Sequence record: CP113993.1
Strand: one strand, 5' to 3'
Source of the DNA: a plasmid
DNA length: 64,000 nucleotides
Position numbers and translations under genes: made by a program. Position 1 is the first letter of the stretch; every line of letters starts with the position of its first letter. Below the pieces are notes generated by a model that saw nothing but the letters and a program-made list of their open reading frames with translations, did not search any database and was not told the DNA's origin. Positions 27,036 through 35,588 of this stretch are shown here, in pieces.

Positions 27036-29345
27036 ATGGAGTTATGGATATTTATAATAGCTATTTATTTGATTTATATTCTTTTTTTCAAAAAGAAGAA
27101 ACCTAAGTCCGCGGGCTCTTATACTTCCGCTCCTGTGAAAGCACCACCTAAAGAATGGCTTGCTAACAACAAAAAAAATCAGGCGGTAATGCACAACGAT
27201 GACAGCGAAGATGACAATCTGGCTACGTTTACACTAAGTGGCGGACGGAATGTCGAATACAGCATAACAGCCACTCAACGCCAGAATCTCTCAAAAAATA
27301 CCGGTGCTTTGGCTCGCTGGATTTTACCGGGAGAGGTGATCACAGTCGGTGGGGTAGAGGTTACCGGTGCCCACTTCTATCTTGGACAGCGTATGAAACC
27401 TGCCGGGCATAACTCAGGTGGTTATTATGATGATAGTAGCGAGGCATCGCTAATTGACGACACGCTTAAGATATACCCCACACCTTACATTTACGAAGAT
27501 AGTTCATTAGGGTATTGGCCCAGTTTTTCCTCACTTTCACCTGAAGCACGTGGTGCGTACCTGAGTTGGCTTGCCAGCGACAGATGTGACACTTCTTGCC
27601 CAATTGGTTACGTTTTTATTTATCTGTATGGTCTGGAAAGACGGGCGCTTGTTGACAGCAGGGACAACAATATATCTGACGATGAGTTCTATTCTCTTTT
27701 CAAAGAGATCTGCCGTCTCAGATCGGTTTTCAATGAAAACCGATCTTTCCGGAACTACTCGTCCCAGCTACTTGAAGCGATGTCCATTCTTCGCCCGAAC
27801 GAAAATCTTGCAGCAGCTCTCGTCAATGATTCGGAGTTCAGCAATAGAATGCAATTCAGGCTAATCCTGGCAAAGACAGTTGAGGCAGGAGCCCCGGTGC
27901 CAGCTGATCTGGCTCTGACGTGGGTGACAAACCATACTGAATACTCATTGCGAACCCCTGCCCGCCGTTGCGCGAAAGAATTTGCTGCACTTTTTAAACG
28001 GCGTTACACCCTTAAATACGGTGAAGGGATGGTAGTGAAGCCGAATAAAGCGCGTCTGCGTTTAGATTACACACCTGCAAGTCCCAGTTTGCGAGGTATT
28101 CGGCTTCCTGTTCCCGACTTGCCTGATCCAAGTGCATTGAAAGGCCCTGTTCAGCAGCTTATGACCCTTGCCGATATATGCACAGATGAACTAGATGCTT
28201 ACAGTCGTTACCTTGGTAGAAAAGGCACTTCAGCAAATGATACCGCTGCAATTTTGTTGCTGCCTTCAGAAATCGTTAACGAAAGCGCAGAAAAAATATT
28301 AAGTGCATTCAAACGCTGGGCTGATGACGCGATCCTCAGTAAGGGTGGAGTAGTTTCAGTTGCTGACTACTGGTCACATATGAATGCTACCTGTCCGGCG
28401 AAGATCAATAAAAAAGAGGCCGACTTGATGCAGGCCTTTGCACAGAAAATGGGGTACTGTCTGGCTCCTGACCCCTATTACCACCACGTAAAGGCAGATG
28501 TCGATGGTGTTCTTGTTTTATTCCCTGCAGGAGAAGGTGGACGCTTCTCACCTTCTCCTGAATTTATCACAGCTGTATTGACGCTCCGATTAGGTGCGGT
28601 AGTCGCCTTGATTGACAATTCTCTCGATCAAGCCGAACAGAAAGTGCTCGAGAATGCCATCAACAACAATGCCGGCTTCAGCGATGATGAAAAGCGCTCT
28701 CTACACGCATATTTAACGTGGCAGCTTCATACCCCGGCGAACATGACGGGAATGAAGAGCCGGATTGAATTACTTGATACTGCGGAAAAATCAGCTGTTG
28801 GTAAGGTTATCGTTAGTGTTGCTTGCTCTGATGGCAGAATTACGCCTGCCGAAATCAAACAGCTTGAGAAGATTTATACAAGCCTGGGGCTGGATCCCTC
28901 ATCCGTATCAAGCAATATCCACCAGCATTCCGCAACTGAAACTGCTCTCGTTTCATCTGTACCAGCTAATCAGTCGACGGCAGGGTTTACACTGGATGCC
29001 AACGTACTTGCCCGCCACGAATCTGCCACTGATGATGTTCGTAAATTACTGAACTCGATTTTCACTGAAGAAGAACCAGAACAACCAGAAAGCACTCCAG
29101 CCTCATTAACCGGGGAAGGGGGCCTTGACCCCGCTCATAGCCAACTTTATCGCAGGTTGCTGGAGAAAGAACAATGGTCCAGAAAAGAGGCGACAGAGTT
29201 ATGCAGTAACTGGAACTTGATGCTCGGCGGTGCGCTTGAGGTGATCAATGATTGGTCCTATGCGGTGGTTGATGCACCAGTGCTGGAAGATACTGATGAT
29301 CATATTTGGGTTGACCTGGAAATAGCCAAAGAATTAGAGGGTTAG
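27036..29345 (+). CDS. TerB-N/TerB-C domain protein with N-terminal TM helix; Shango SngA-like
   Basis: 769 aa; N-terminal hydrophobic helix; C-terminal TerB-like motif VSVACSDGRITPAEIKQLEKIYTSLGL; first of three co-directional genes with 3-bp gap to next. Confidence 0.55.
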   Translation: MELWIFIIAIYLIYILFFKKKKPKSAGSYTSAPVKAPPKEWLANNKKNQAVMHNDDSEDDNLATFTLSGGRNVEYSITATQRQNLSKNTGALARWILPGEVITVGGVEVTGAHFYLGQRMKPAGHNSGGYYDDSSEASLIDDTLKIYPTPYIYEDSSLGYWPSFSSLSPEARGAYLSWLASDRCDTSCPIGYVFIYLYGLERRALVDSRDNNISDDEFYSLFKEICRLRSVFNENRSFRNYSSQLLEAMSILRPNENLAAALVNDSEFSNRMQFRLILAKTVEAGAPVPADLALTWVTNHTEYSLRTPARRCAKEFAALFKRRYTLKYGEGMVVKPNKARLRLDYTPASPSLRGIRLPVPDLPDPSALKGPVQQLMTLADICTDELDAYSRYLGRKGTSANDTAAILLLPSEIVNESAEKILSAFKRWADDAILSKGGVVSVADYWSHMNATCPAKINKKEADLMQAFAQKMGYCLAPDPYYHHVKADVDGVLVLFPAGEGGRFSPSPEFITAVLTLRLGAVVALIDNSLDQAEQKVLENAINNNAGFSDDEKRSLHAYLTWQLHTPANMTGMKSRIELLDTAEKSAVGKVIVSVACSDGRITPAEIKQLEKIYTSLGLDPSSVSSNIHQHSATETALVSSVPANQSTAGFTLDANVLARHESATDDVRKLLNSIFTEEEPEQPESTPASLTGEGGLDPAHSQLYRRLLEKEQWSRKEATELCSNWNLMLGGALEVINDWSYAVVDAPVLEDTDDHIWVDLEIAKELEG

Positions 29346-29348
29346 TGA

Positions 29349-30665
29349 ATGTCTGTAACACGTATAAGAGTGAAAGAGCGCGACGCTATTATTCAGTCAC
29401 TTAAGTCAGGAGTAACGCCAAGGATAGGGATTCAGCATATCCAGGTTGGCCGCGTGAATGAGATAACCGCCCTCCATCAGGATATTGAACGGATTGCTGA
29501 TGGAGGGGCGAGCTTCAGACTTATCATTGGTGAGTACGGTTCCGGGAAAACGTTCTTTTTAAGTGTTGTGCGGTCTATTGCGTTAGAGAAGAAGTTGGTT
29601 GCGGTCAGTGCAGACCTTTCTCCCGACAGACGTATTCACTCATCGGGAGGTCATGCTCGTAATCTCTACTCAGAGCTTATGAAAAATATGTCCACCAGAA
29701 ACAAACCAGATGGCAATGCGTTACTTAGCGTTGTGGAAAGGTTCGTTACTGAGGCAAGGAAGGAAGCTGATGCGAACGGCTCCCAAGTCTCATCCGTTAT
29801 TCATAAACGCCTTGCTGCTTTGTCAAATATGGTGGGCGGATATGACTTTGCGAAGGTCATTGACGCATTCTGGCGCGGGCACGAGCAGGATAACGAAACC
29901 TTAAAATCCAATGCCATTCGCTGGTTGCGGGGCGAATACACCACCAAAACTGATGCCCGTAATGATCTCGATGTCCGAACTATTATCTCAGACGCCTCAT
30001 TCTATGATTCTTTGAAGTTGATTAGCCTTTTTGTCCGTCAGGCAGGCTATGCCGGACTTTTAGTTAGCCTCGACGAGATGGTGAACCTCTTTAAGTTGAA
30101 TAATACGCAAGCGAGAACAGCCAACTACGAACAGATCTTGCGGATCCTGAATGACTGCCTGCAAGGCTCCGCCGAAAATATTGGTTTTATCCTCGGGGGG
30201 ACGCCAGAGTTTCTTTTCGATCCACGTAAGGGGCTCTACAGCTATGAGGCGCTCCAGTCGCGTCTGGCAGAAAACCGATTCGCACAGAAAGCAGGCGTGA
30301 TTGACTACTCGTCTCCCACGCTGCATCTTGCCAGCCTCACTCCTGAGGAACTGTATATTTTACTGAAAAATCTTCGTCATGTTTATGCTGGTGGAGATCC
30401 CGCGAATTATCTGGTGCCAGATGATGCTCTGACCGGGTTTCTGCATCACTGCAGCAAAACCATCGGAGATGCTTACTTTCGTACTCCCCGCAATACCATA
30501 AAAGGTTTTCTGGATATGCTAGCTGTGCTGGAGCAAAACAGAATGATGAACTGGCAAGCGCTCATCGAGGGAGTGGCGATTGAAGAAGACAAGCCCAGCG
30601 ATATGGATGACACCACTGTGGAGGAAAGCGATGACGACGACGGCCTGGCGAATTTCAGACTATGA
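29349..30665 (+). CDS. P-loop ATPase (DUF2791/BrxD-like); Shango SngB-like
   Basis: 438 aa; Walker A GEYGSGKT, Walker B-like LLVSLDEM; 4-bp overlap with downstream helicase gene. Confidence 0.6.
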   Translation: MSVTRIRVKERDAIIQSLKSGVTPRIGIQHIQVGRVNEITALHQDIERIADGGASFRLIIGEYGSGKTFFLSVVRSIALEKKLVAVSADLSPDRRIHSSGGHARNLYSELMKNMSTRNKPDGNALLSVVERFVTEARKEADANGSQVSSVIHKRLAALSNMVGGYDFAKVIDAFWRGHEQDNETLKSNAIRWLRGEYTTKTDARNDLDVRTIISDASFYDSLKLISLFVRQAGYAGLLVSLDEMVNLFKLNNTQARTANYEQILRILNDCLQGSAENIGFILGGTPEFLFDPRKGLYSYEALQSRLAENRFAQKAGVIDYSSPTLHLASLTPEELYILLKNLRHVYAGGDPANYLVPDDALTGFLHHCSKTIGDAYFRTPRNTIKGFLDMLAVLEQNRMMNWQALIEGVAIEEDKPSDMDDTTVEESDDDDGLANFRL

Positions 30666-32884
30666 GCAGTGCCTACAATAGTCTCGATCCCCGTGTCCGT
30701 AAGTGGGTTTATAAGCAGGACTGGTCATCATTAAGGCCCTTGCAGGAGAGTTCTATTCCGGCAATTTTAGCCCGCGATCGTGATGTACTAATTAGTGCAG
30801 GTACAGCAGCGGGTAAAACAGAAGCTTTCTTTCTTCCTGCCTGTTCGGCGGTTGCAGATCTCACCGGTGGATTTGGCATTATCTATATCAGCCCGTTGAA
30901 GGCATTGATTAACGATCAGCACCGTCGTCTCGAGAGTCTTGGTGAAGCCCTGGAAATGCAAGTGACGCCCTGGCACGGGGATGTACCACAAAGCAAAAAA
31001 AAGAAAGCACGGACAAACCCGTCTGGCATCTTACTTATCACACCTGAATCACTTGAGTCTTTGCTCATAAACTCATTGGGTTGGCTCAAACAGGCGTTTT
31101 CTTCAGTGGCATACATTGTTATTGATGAGTTCCACACTTTTATTGGCTCAGAGCGTGGTATACAGCTGCTTTCTCTGCTTAATAGAATTGACCATGTGCT
31201 AGGACGCCAGTTAAATCCAATTCCCCGTGTCGCGTTGAGTGCCACGCTGGGAGAACTGGAAAAAGTGCCAGAACTATTGCGCCCGGATAAGAGATTACCT
31301 TGTGAAACGGTAACAGACAGTAATAGCACAGCCACACTACAGGTTCAGGTTAAAGGTTATCTTGAGCGGGAGCCCGAAAAAGGAGAAGAGCTCCAGAGCT
31401 CTGCCGAACAGCTCGTCTGCGCGGATATTTTCAGGCTCTGCCGTGGCGATTCCCACCTGGTCTTTGCTAACAGTCGAAAGCGTACTGAAAGCATAGCGGC
31501 AACACTGAGCGACATGTGTGAGGCAAATGTCGTTCCTAATGAATTCTTTCCTCATCATGGTTCCCTGGCCAGGGAGTTACGTGAGACGCTTGAAGCCCGA
31601 CTGCAGAAAGGGAATTTGCCCACAACCGCTGTTTGTACAATGACGCTAGAGCTGGGTATTGATATTGGTAAGGTGCAGTCGGTCATACAAGTTACACCTC
31701 CGCATTCTGTTTCCAGTCTGCGTCAACGTATGGGACGTTCAGGGCGGCGCGATTCCCCAGCGGTACTGAGAATGTTAATTACTGAACCTGAACTTACCGC
31801 AACCAGCAGCATTGTGGATCATTTACGTCTGCAGTTGGTACAGGCGATGGCAATGATCAGGTTGATGATCTCTAAACGCTGGTTCGAGCCTGCAGATGTC
31901 CGGCAGAAACATTACTCCACGCTGCTACACCAGATCCTTGCTATTACTGCGCAATGGGGCGGAGTTCGTGCCGATCAGCTCTGGTCACAACTTTGCCAGA
32001 CAGGTCCGTTCCGGAATGTCGATATAAATGACTTCAAAAGTCTGCTTAAACATATGGGGATATGTGGCCTGCTTACTCAACTTGCCAGCGGTGAAATAGT
32101 TGTCGGGGCTGAGGGGGAGAAGCTGACTAATCACTACACGTTTTATGCCGTATTCAATACACCTGAGGAGTTTCGAATCGTTACAGGAAACCGAACTCTT
32201 GGCACAGTGCCTGTAGACTCCCCACTTTTGCCTGAGCAGCACATCATCTTCGGCGGACGGCGCTGGAAAGTGACAGAGATCGAGGTTGAAAAAAAGGTTA
32301 TCTATGTTGAGGCGACTAAAGGCGGACAGCCGCCACTATTCAGAGGTAGCGGGATGTCTGTTCATGATGTTGTTCGCCAGGAGATGCTCGCTATCTATAG
32401 GGAAAATGATTACCGTATCGCGGTAGGCAGCAAGAGAGTCGATTATGCTGATGCTGCTGCCAGAAGCCTCTTTGCGGAAGGCAGTAACAACTTCCAACGC
32501 TACAATCTACAAAATGACTGTTTTATTGCCAGCGGTCAGAACTGCTACGTGATCCCGTGGATGGGGGATAAAATTGTCAATACAATTACGTCCCTGCTTA
32601 TACGTTGCGGCTTTAAAGCCAGTTCATTTGCAGGTGCGATAGAGGTAGAGGATTCAAACGTTGCCTCTGTTCAGCGTGCACTTAAGAAAATGCTATTGTC
32701 AGGGTTACCTTCAGAGTTTGAACTTGCTGCAGTTGTTCCTGACAAGTATCTGGATAAATATGACGAGTATTTACCAGAGTCTTTGCTTGCGAAAGGGTAT
32801 GGGGCAAAGGCGTATGATGTAGAAGGAACGTGCATCTGGCTGCAGAAACACCTTCAGTCGACTGGATATGTAGTCAGGGTATAA
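30662..32884 (+). CDS. DEAD/DEAH-box (Lhr/BrxHI-like) SF2 helicase; Shango SngC-like
   Basis: 740 aa; motif I GTAAGKTEA, motif II VIDEFH, motif III SATL, motif VI QRMGRSGRR. Confidence 0.7.
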   Translation: MSSAYNSLDPRVRKWVYKQDWSSLRPLQESSIPAILARDRDVLISAGTAAGKTEAFFLPACSAVADLTGGFGIIYISPLKALINDQHRRLESLGEALEMQVTPWHGDVPQSKKKKARTNPSGILLITPESLESLLINSLGWLKQAFSSVAYIVIDEFHTFIGSERGIQLLSLLNRIDHVLGRQLNPIPRVALSATLGELEKVPELLRPDKRLPCETVTDSNSTATLQVQVKGYLEREPEKGEELQSSAEQLVCADIFRLCRGDSHLVFANSRKRTESIAATLSDMCEANVVPNEFFPHHGSLARELRETLEARLQKGNLPTTAVCTMTLELGIDIGKVQSVIQVTPPHSVSSLRQRMGRSGRRDSPAVLRMLITEPELTATSSIVDHLRLQLVQAMAMIRLMISKRWFEPADVRQKHYSTLLHQILAITAQWGGVRADQLWSQLCQTGPFRNVDINDFKSLLKHMGICGLLTQLASGEIVVGAEGEKLTNHYTFYAVFNTPEEFRIVTGNRTLGTVPVDSPLLPEQHIIFGGRRWKVTEIEVEKKVIYVEATKGGQPPLFRGSGMSVHDVVRQEMLAIYRENDYRIAVGSKRVDYADAAARSLFAEGSNNFQRYNLQNDCFIASGQNCYVIPWMGDKIVNTITSLLIRCGFKASSFAGAIEVEDSNVASVQRALKKMLLSGLPSEFELAAVVPDKYLDKYDEYLPESLLAKGYGAKAYDVEGTCIWLQKHLQSTGYVVRV

Positions 32885-33182
32885 ATGACTTATTTATACC
32901 CTGATTTTTTTACTTCCCGGTGGACTTACTTGGCTTTAGTCCCGGAGTGTTGCCAGGAGTATCTTTATTATCTCGTCGGCGTTGATCCGGTTTTCCTGTC
33001 GATTTAGCAATTGGTTTTGGACCAGGTTTAAGACCCATGATAGTTATCCTTCAGAGATGTAAGAGGAAAACCCTCAGCATTGGTATATTAGATACTGAGA
33101 AATTTTTCAATGGGAGTGATCAACTGTATTAGCTCAGACCTGATCTGACAGTTACCGGTTATTTATACAGGTATCTGTCAGA

Positions 33183-33794
33183 TTACATCTGGCTTAAATT
33201 TTTCTCAGCCCAGATGCGCTTTCCATCAAGTAACGTTTCCATCGGCGTCCGGCCGCAGCACATTTTCCCCTGATGGGTTCGCTCATTGTTATAGTGAGCC
33301 AGCCATTCATCAAGATCGGATTGTAATGTATCAAGATCTCCATATAACTTTTTGCGGAACGTCACCTGATAAAACTCGTTCAGTATCGTTTTGCGGAACC
33401 GCTCGCCGATCCCGTTGGTCTGAGGGGACATTGCCTTCGTTTTCGTGTGTTCGATGTCATTTATCGCCAGATAAAGCTGATAATCATGCAGCTCCACTTT
33501 ACCGCAATACTCTGTGCCCCTGTCTGTCAGTATCCTCAGCATCGGCAGGCCCTGAGACTCATAAAACGGAAGGACACTATCATTCAGTAAATCAGCCGCT
33601 GTAATCGGCGTTTTGGTAACATAGAGCTTGCAGTGAGCCACCTTCGAGTACGTATCAACGAACATCTGCTGATAGATTCGCCCGACGCCTTTCAGGTTGC
33701 CCACGTAGAACGTGTCCTGTGACCCCAGATATCCCGGATGAGCGGTTTCAATCTCACCACAGGCTTCATCATCACTGGCTTTACGCTCCGGCAT
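33183..33794 (-). pseudogene. 5'-truncated DDE (rve) transposase catalytic domain (IS481/IS3-family-like)
   Basis: GSQDTFYVGNLKGVGRIYQQMFVDTYS...LTDRGTEYCG...ERFRKTILNEF integrase-core motifs; no HTH N-domain upstream. Confidence 0.55.
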
Positions 33795-34195
33795 CGGTTC
33801 ATAGTCTCCTATTGGTTAAAATAGCTGAAAAGGGTGTGTCAGAATCCTGCTATGCGCTGGCGCAGTTGAGTTTACTGGTGCAGTGATGTGGATTTCGTGC
33901 GTCACTTTCCCGCTAATTCGCGGTTAAAGTGACGCACCGGGCTGGCGCAGTGTTTGAAAATTACGATTCTGGTGCAGGTTTACGGTCACGCGTCAGCAAA
34001 ACCTGACGGCAATGCATGCCACAGCCCGTAATGTAAAAAGCGCTGATTGTCAGCAGATGCAGACTGGCCGGAATACTTCGGCGTGAAAGAACGTTAACCA
34101 GCAGGTTGGTACAGTTAAAAGGATAAGTGTGAAATTTGACCTCTGTCGCAGTCAACTGCGAGCCGGCGTTTGCGGAGGTATTCACCGGTAGGGTC

Positions 34196-34256
34196 TGCCA
34201 TCCTGAGTTCCTCAGGCGCTTCTTTCAGGCCATGAAGCATTTTGTGCAGGAGGGAG
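34196..34256. repeat. ~60-bp imperfect direct repeat, second copy at 35146-35206, bracketing the chpS-chpB module
   Basis: ccatcctga(g/t)..tcaggcgcttctttcagg(c/t)catgaagcattttgtgcagg(a/c)gggag in both copies. Confidence 0.6.
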
Positions 34257-34387
34257 ATTAACTCAGGGGGCTACAGTGCGAGAAGGAGAAACTGTTTTTA
34301 TCTGTAAAAAGATTTTCAATCAATTGTCGATATAAAAAAGAGAGCGCCGTATGTGACAGCGCCCTCGTTCAGGTTACATAAAAGATA

Positions 34388-34720
34388 TCAGCTCAGAATG
34401 GCTTCCAGTCGGGCCAGCACTTCATTTACGACAGCTTCGGGTATACGTTCCAGACGCTTACCATTCCGGGCACCCATATCAATCGTTCTGGGCTGGTCGC
34501 AGCGAATAACACCCGTTGTTTTTGTTCCCGCGCCGTCCAGGGAGACGGTAAAACCGGCTGTGCGGGCAAAGTCTCCGCCGCTGGTGACGGGAACGACAAC
34601 GGGTAACCGGGTGAACTTATTAAATGATGCCGGAGAAACGATAAGTACCGGACGTTTTCCGCTTTGTTCATGTCCGGCTGTAGGATCCAGTGAGACGAGC
34701 CAGATTTCCCCTCTGTCCAT
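34388..34720 (-). CDS. chpB: MazF/PemK/ChpB-family endoribonuclease toxin
   Basis: 110 aa; GEIWLVSLDPTAGHEQSGKRPVLIVS...RLPVVVPVTSGG close to ChpBK/MazF; adjacent to antitoxin. Confidence 0.8.
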   Translation of the reverse strand: MDRGEIWLVSLDPTAGHEQSGKRPVLIVSPASFNKFTRLPVVVPVTSGGDFARTAGFTVSLDGAGTKTTGVIRCDQPRTIDMGARNGKRLERIPEAVVNEVLARLEAILS

Positions 34721-34978
34721 TTACAGGATCTCCTTACCCACTGCAGGCGCATCCATCCATTCCCTATCCTCATCGCTCATTTCGGCGTGCGGATCGCACT
34801 GTGCCAGCAGTTCCTCAAGCGAATAACGGGGCCGTTTCTGGGGTTCAATAATCAGGCAGCCATTATCAATGGTCATTCCCACTTCGCTGTCTGTCGACAG
34901 AGCCAGCGTTTTCAACACGGCGGGAGGAACCGCCAGCATGACGGATCCGCCAACCTTTTTCAGACGAGTGGTATACAT
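34721..34978 (-). CDS. chpS: MazE/ChpS/PemI-family antitoxin (AbrB-type)
   Basis: 85 aa from internal Met MYTTRLKKVGGSVMLAVPPAVLKTL; SpoVT/AbrB swapped-hairpin motif. Confidence 0.75.
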   Translation of the reverse strand: MYTTRLKKVGGSVMLAVPPAVLKTLALSTDSEVGMTIDNGCLIIEPQKRPRYSLEELLAQCDPHAEMSDEDREWMDAPAVGKEIL

Positions 34979-35588
34979 AGAGCACCTCCGGATATTATAT
35001 TTTAATATAACATCAATGGCTGGCGGAGCGCAATTTTTAGTCAGATTCATTATGGTTTCCTTAGTGTAGCTAAGCGTAAAGGAGGCCTTAATCCGTCCTA
35101 AGACAGATCCGGCAGTTTTCAAAGGCTGCATTACCGGTAAAACGGCGACCATCCTGATACATCAGGCGCTTCTTTCAGGTCATGAAGCATTTTGTGCAGG
35201 CGGGAGCTTAGTTCGTGGTAAGAAGGCCGATAATAGAAAACTGTTTTTGCGGTTCAAAGGGTTATGGCGGATCAGATAACCGAAATGCGGCGCAGCTTCC
35301 GGCACGGACCTTCTCCGGAGAAGTATCAGCGATAGTACAAAGGCCATATTAGTTCAGATATGACACCCGGCAATTAGGCAAGAGAAAAAAGGACGAACAC
35401 GCGTTTACAGAGAACATATGACCTAAAGTAACAATATGACACAAGACTAATCATAACGTTACAAAATATATCATGCTCATTGATTTATAAAGAAAAATTA
35501 ACCACAACTATTGCAATGTCATCCGAGCGGCGTAACATAAATTGTTGAAATATTAGTCGCCGAAAAGTCGAGATAGATGAGGTGATAT

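Noticed and set aside
27571-29052. Internal + strand ORFs 27571-27864 and 28765-29052 within the TerB-domain gene
   Set aside because: They are alternative-frame ORFs nested inside a long, well-supported CDS. There is no independent support.
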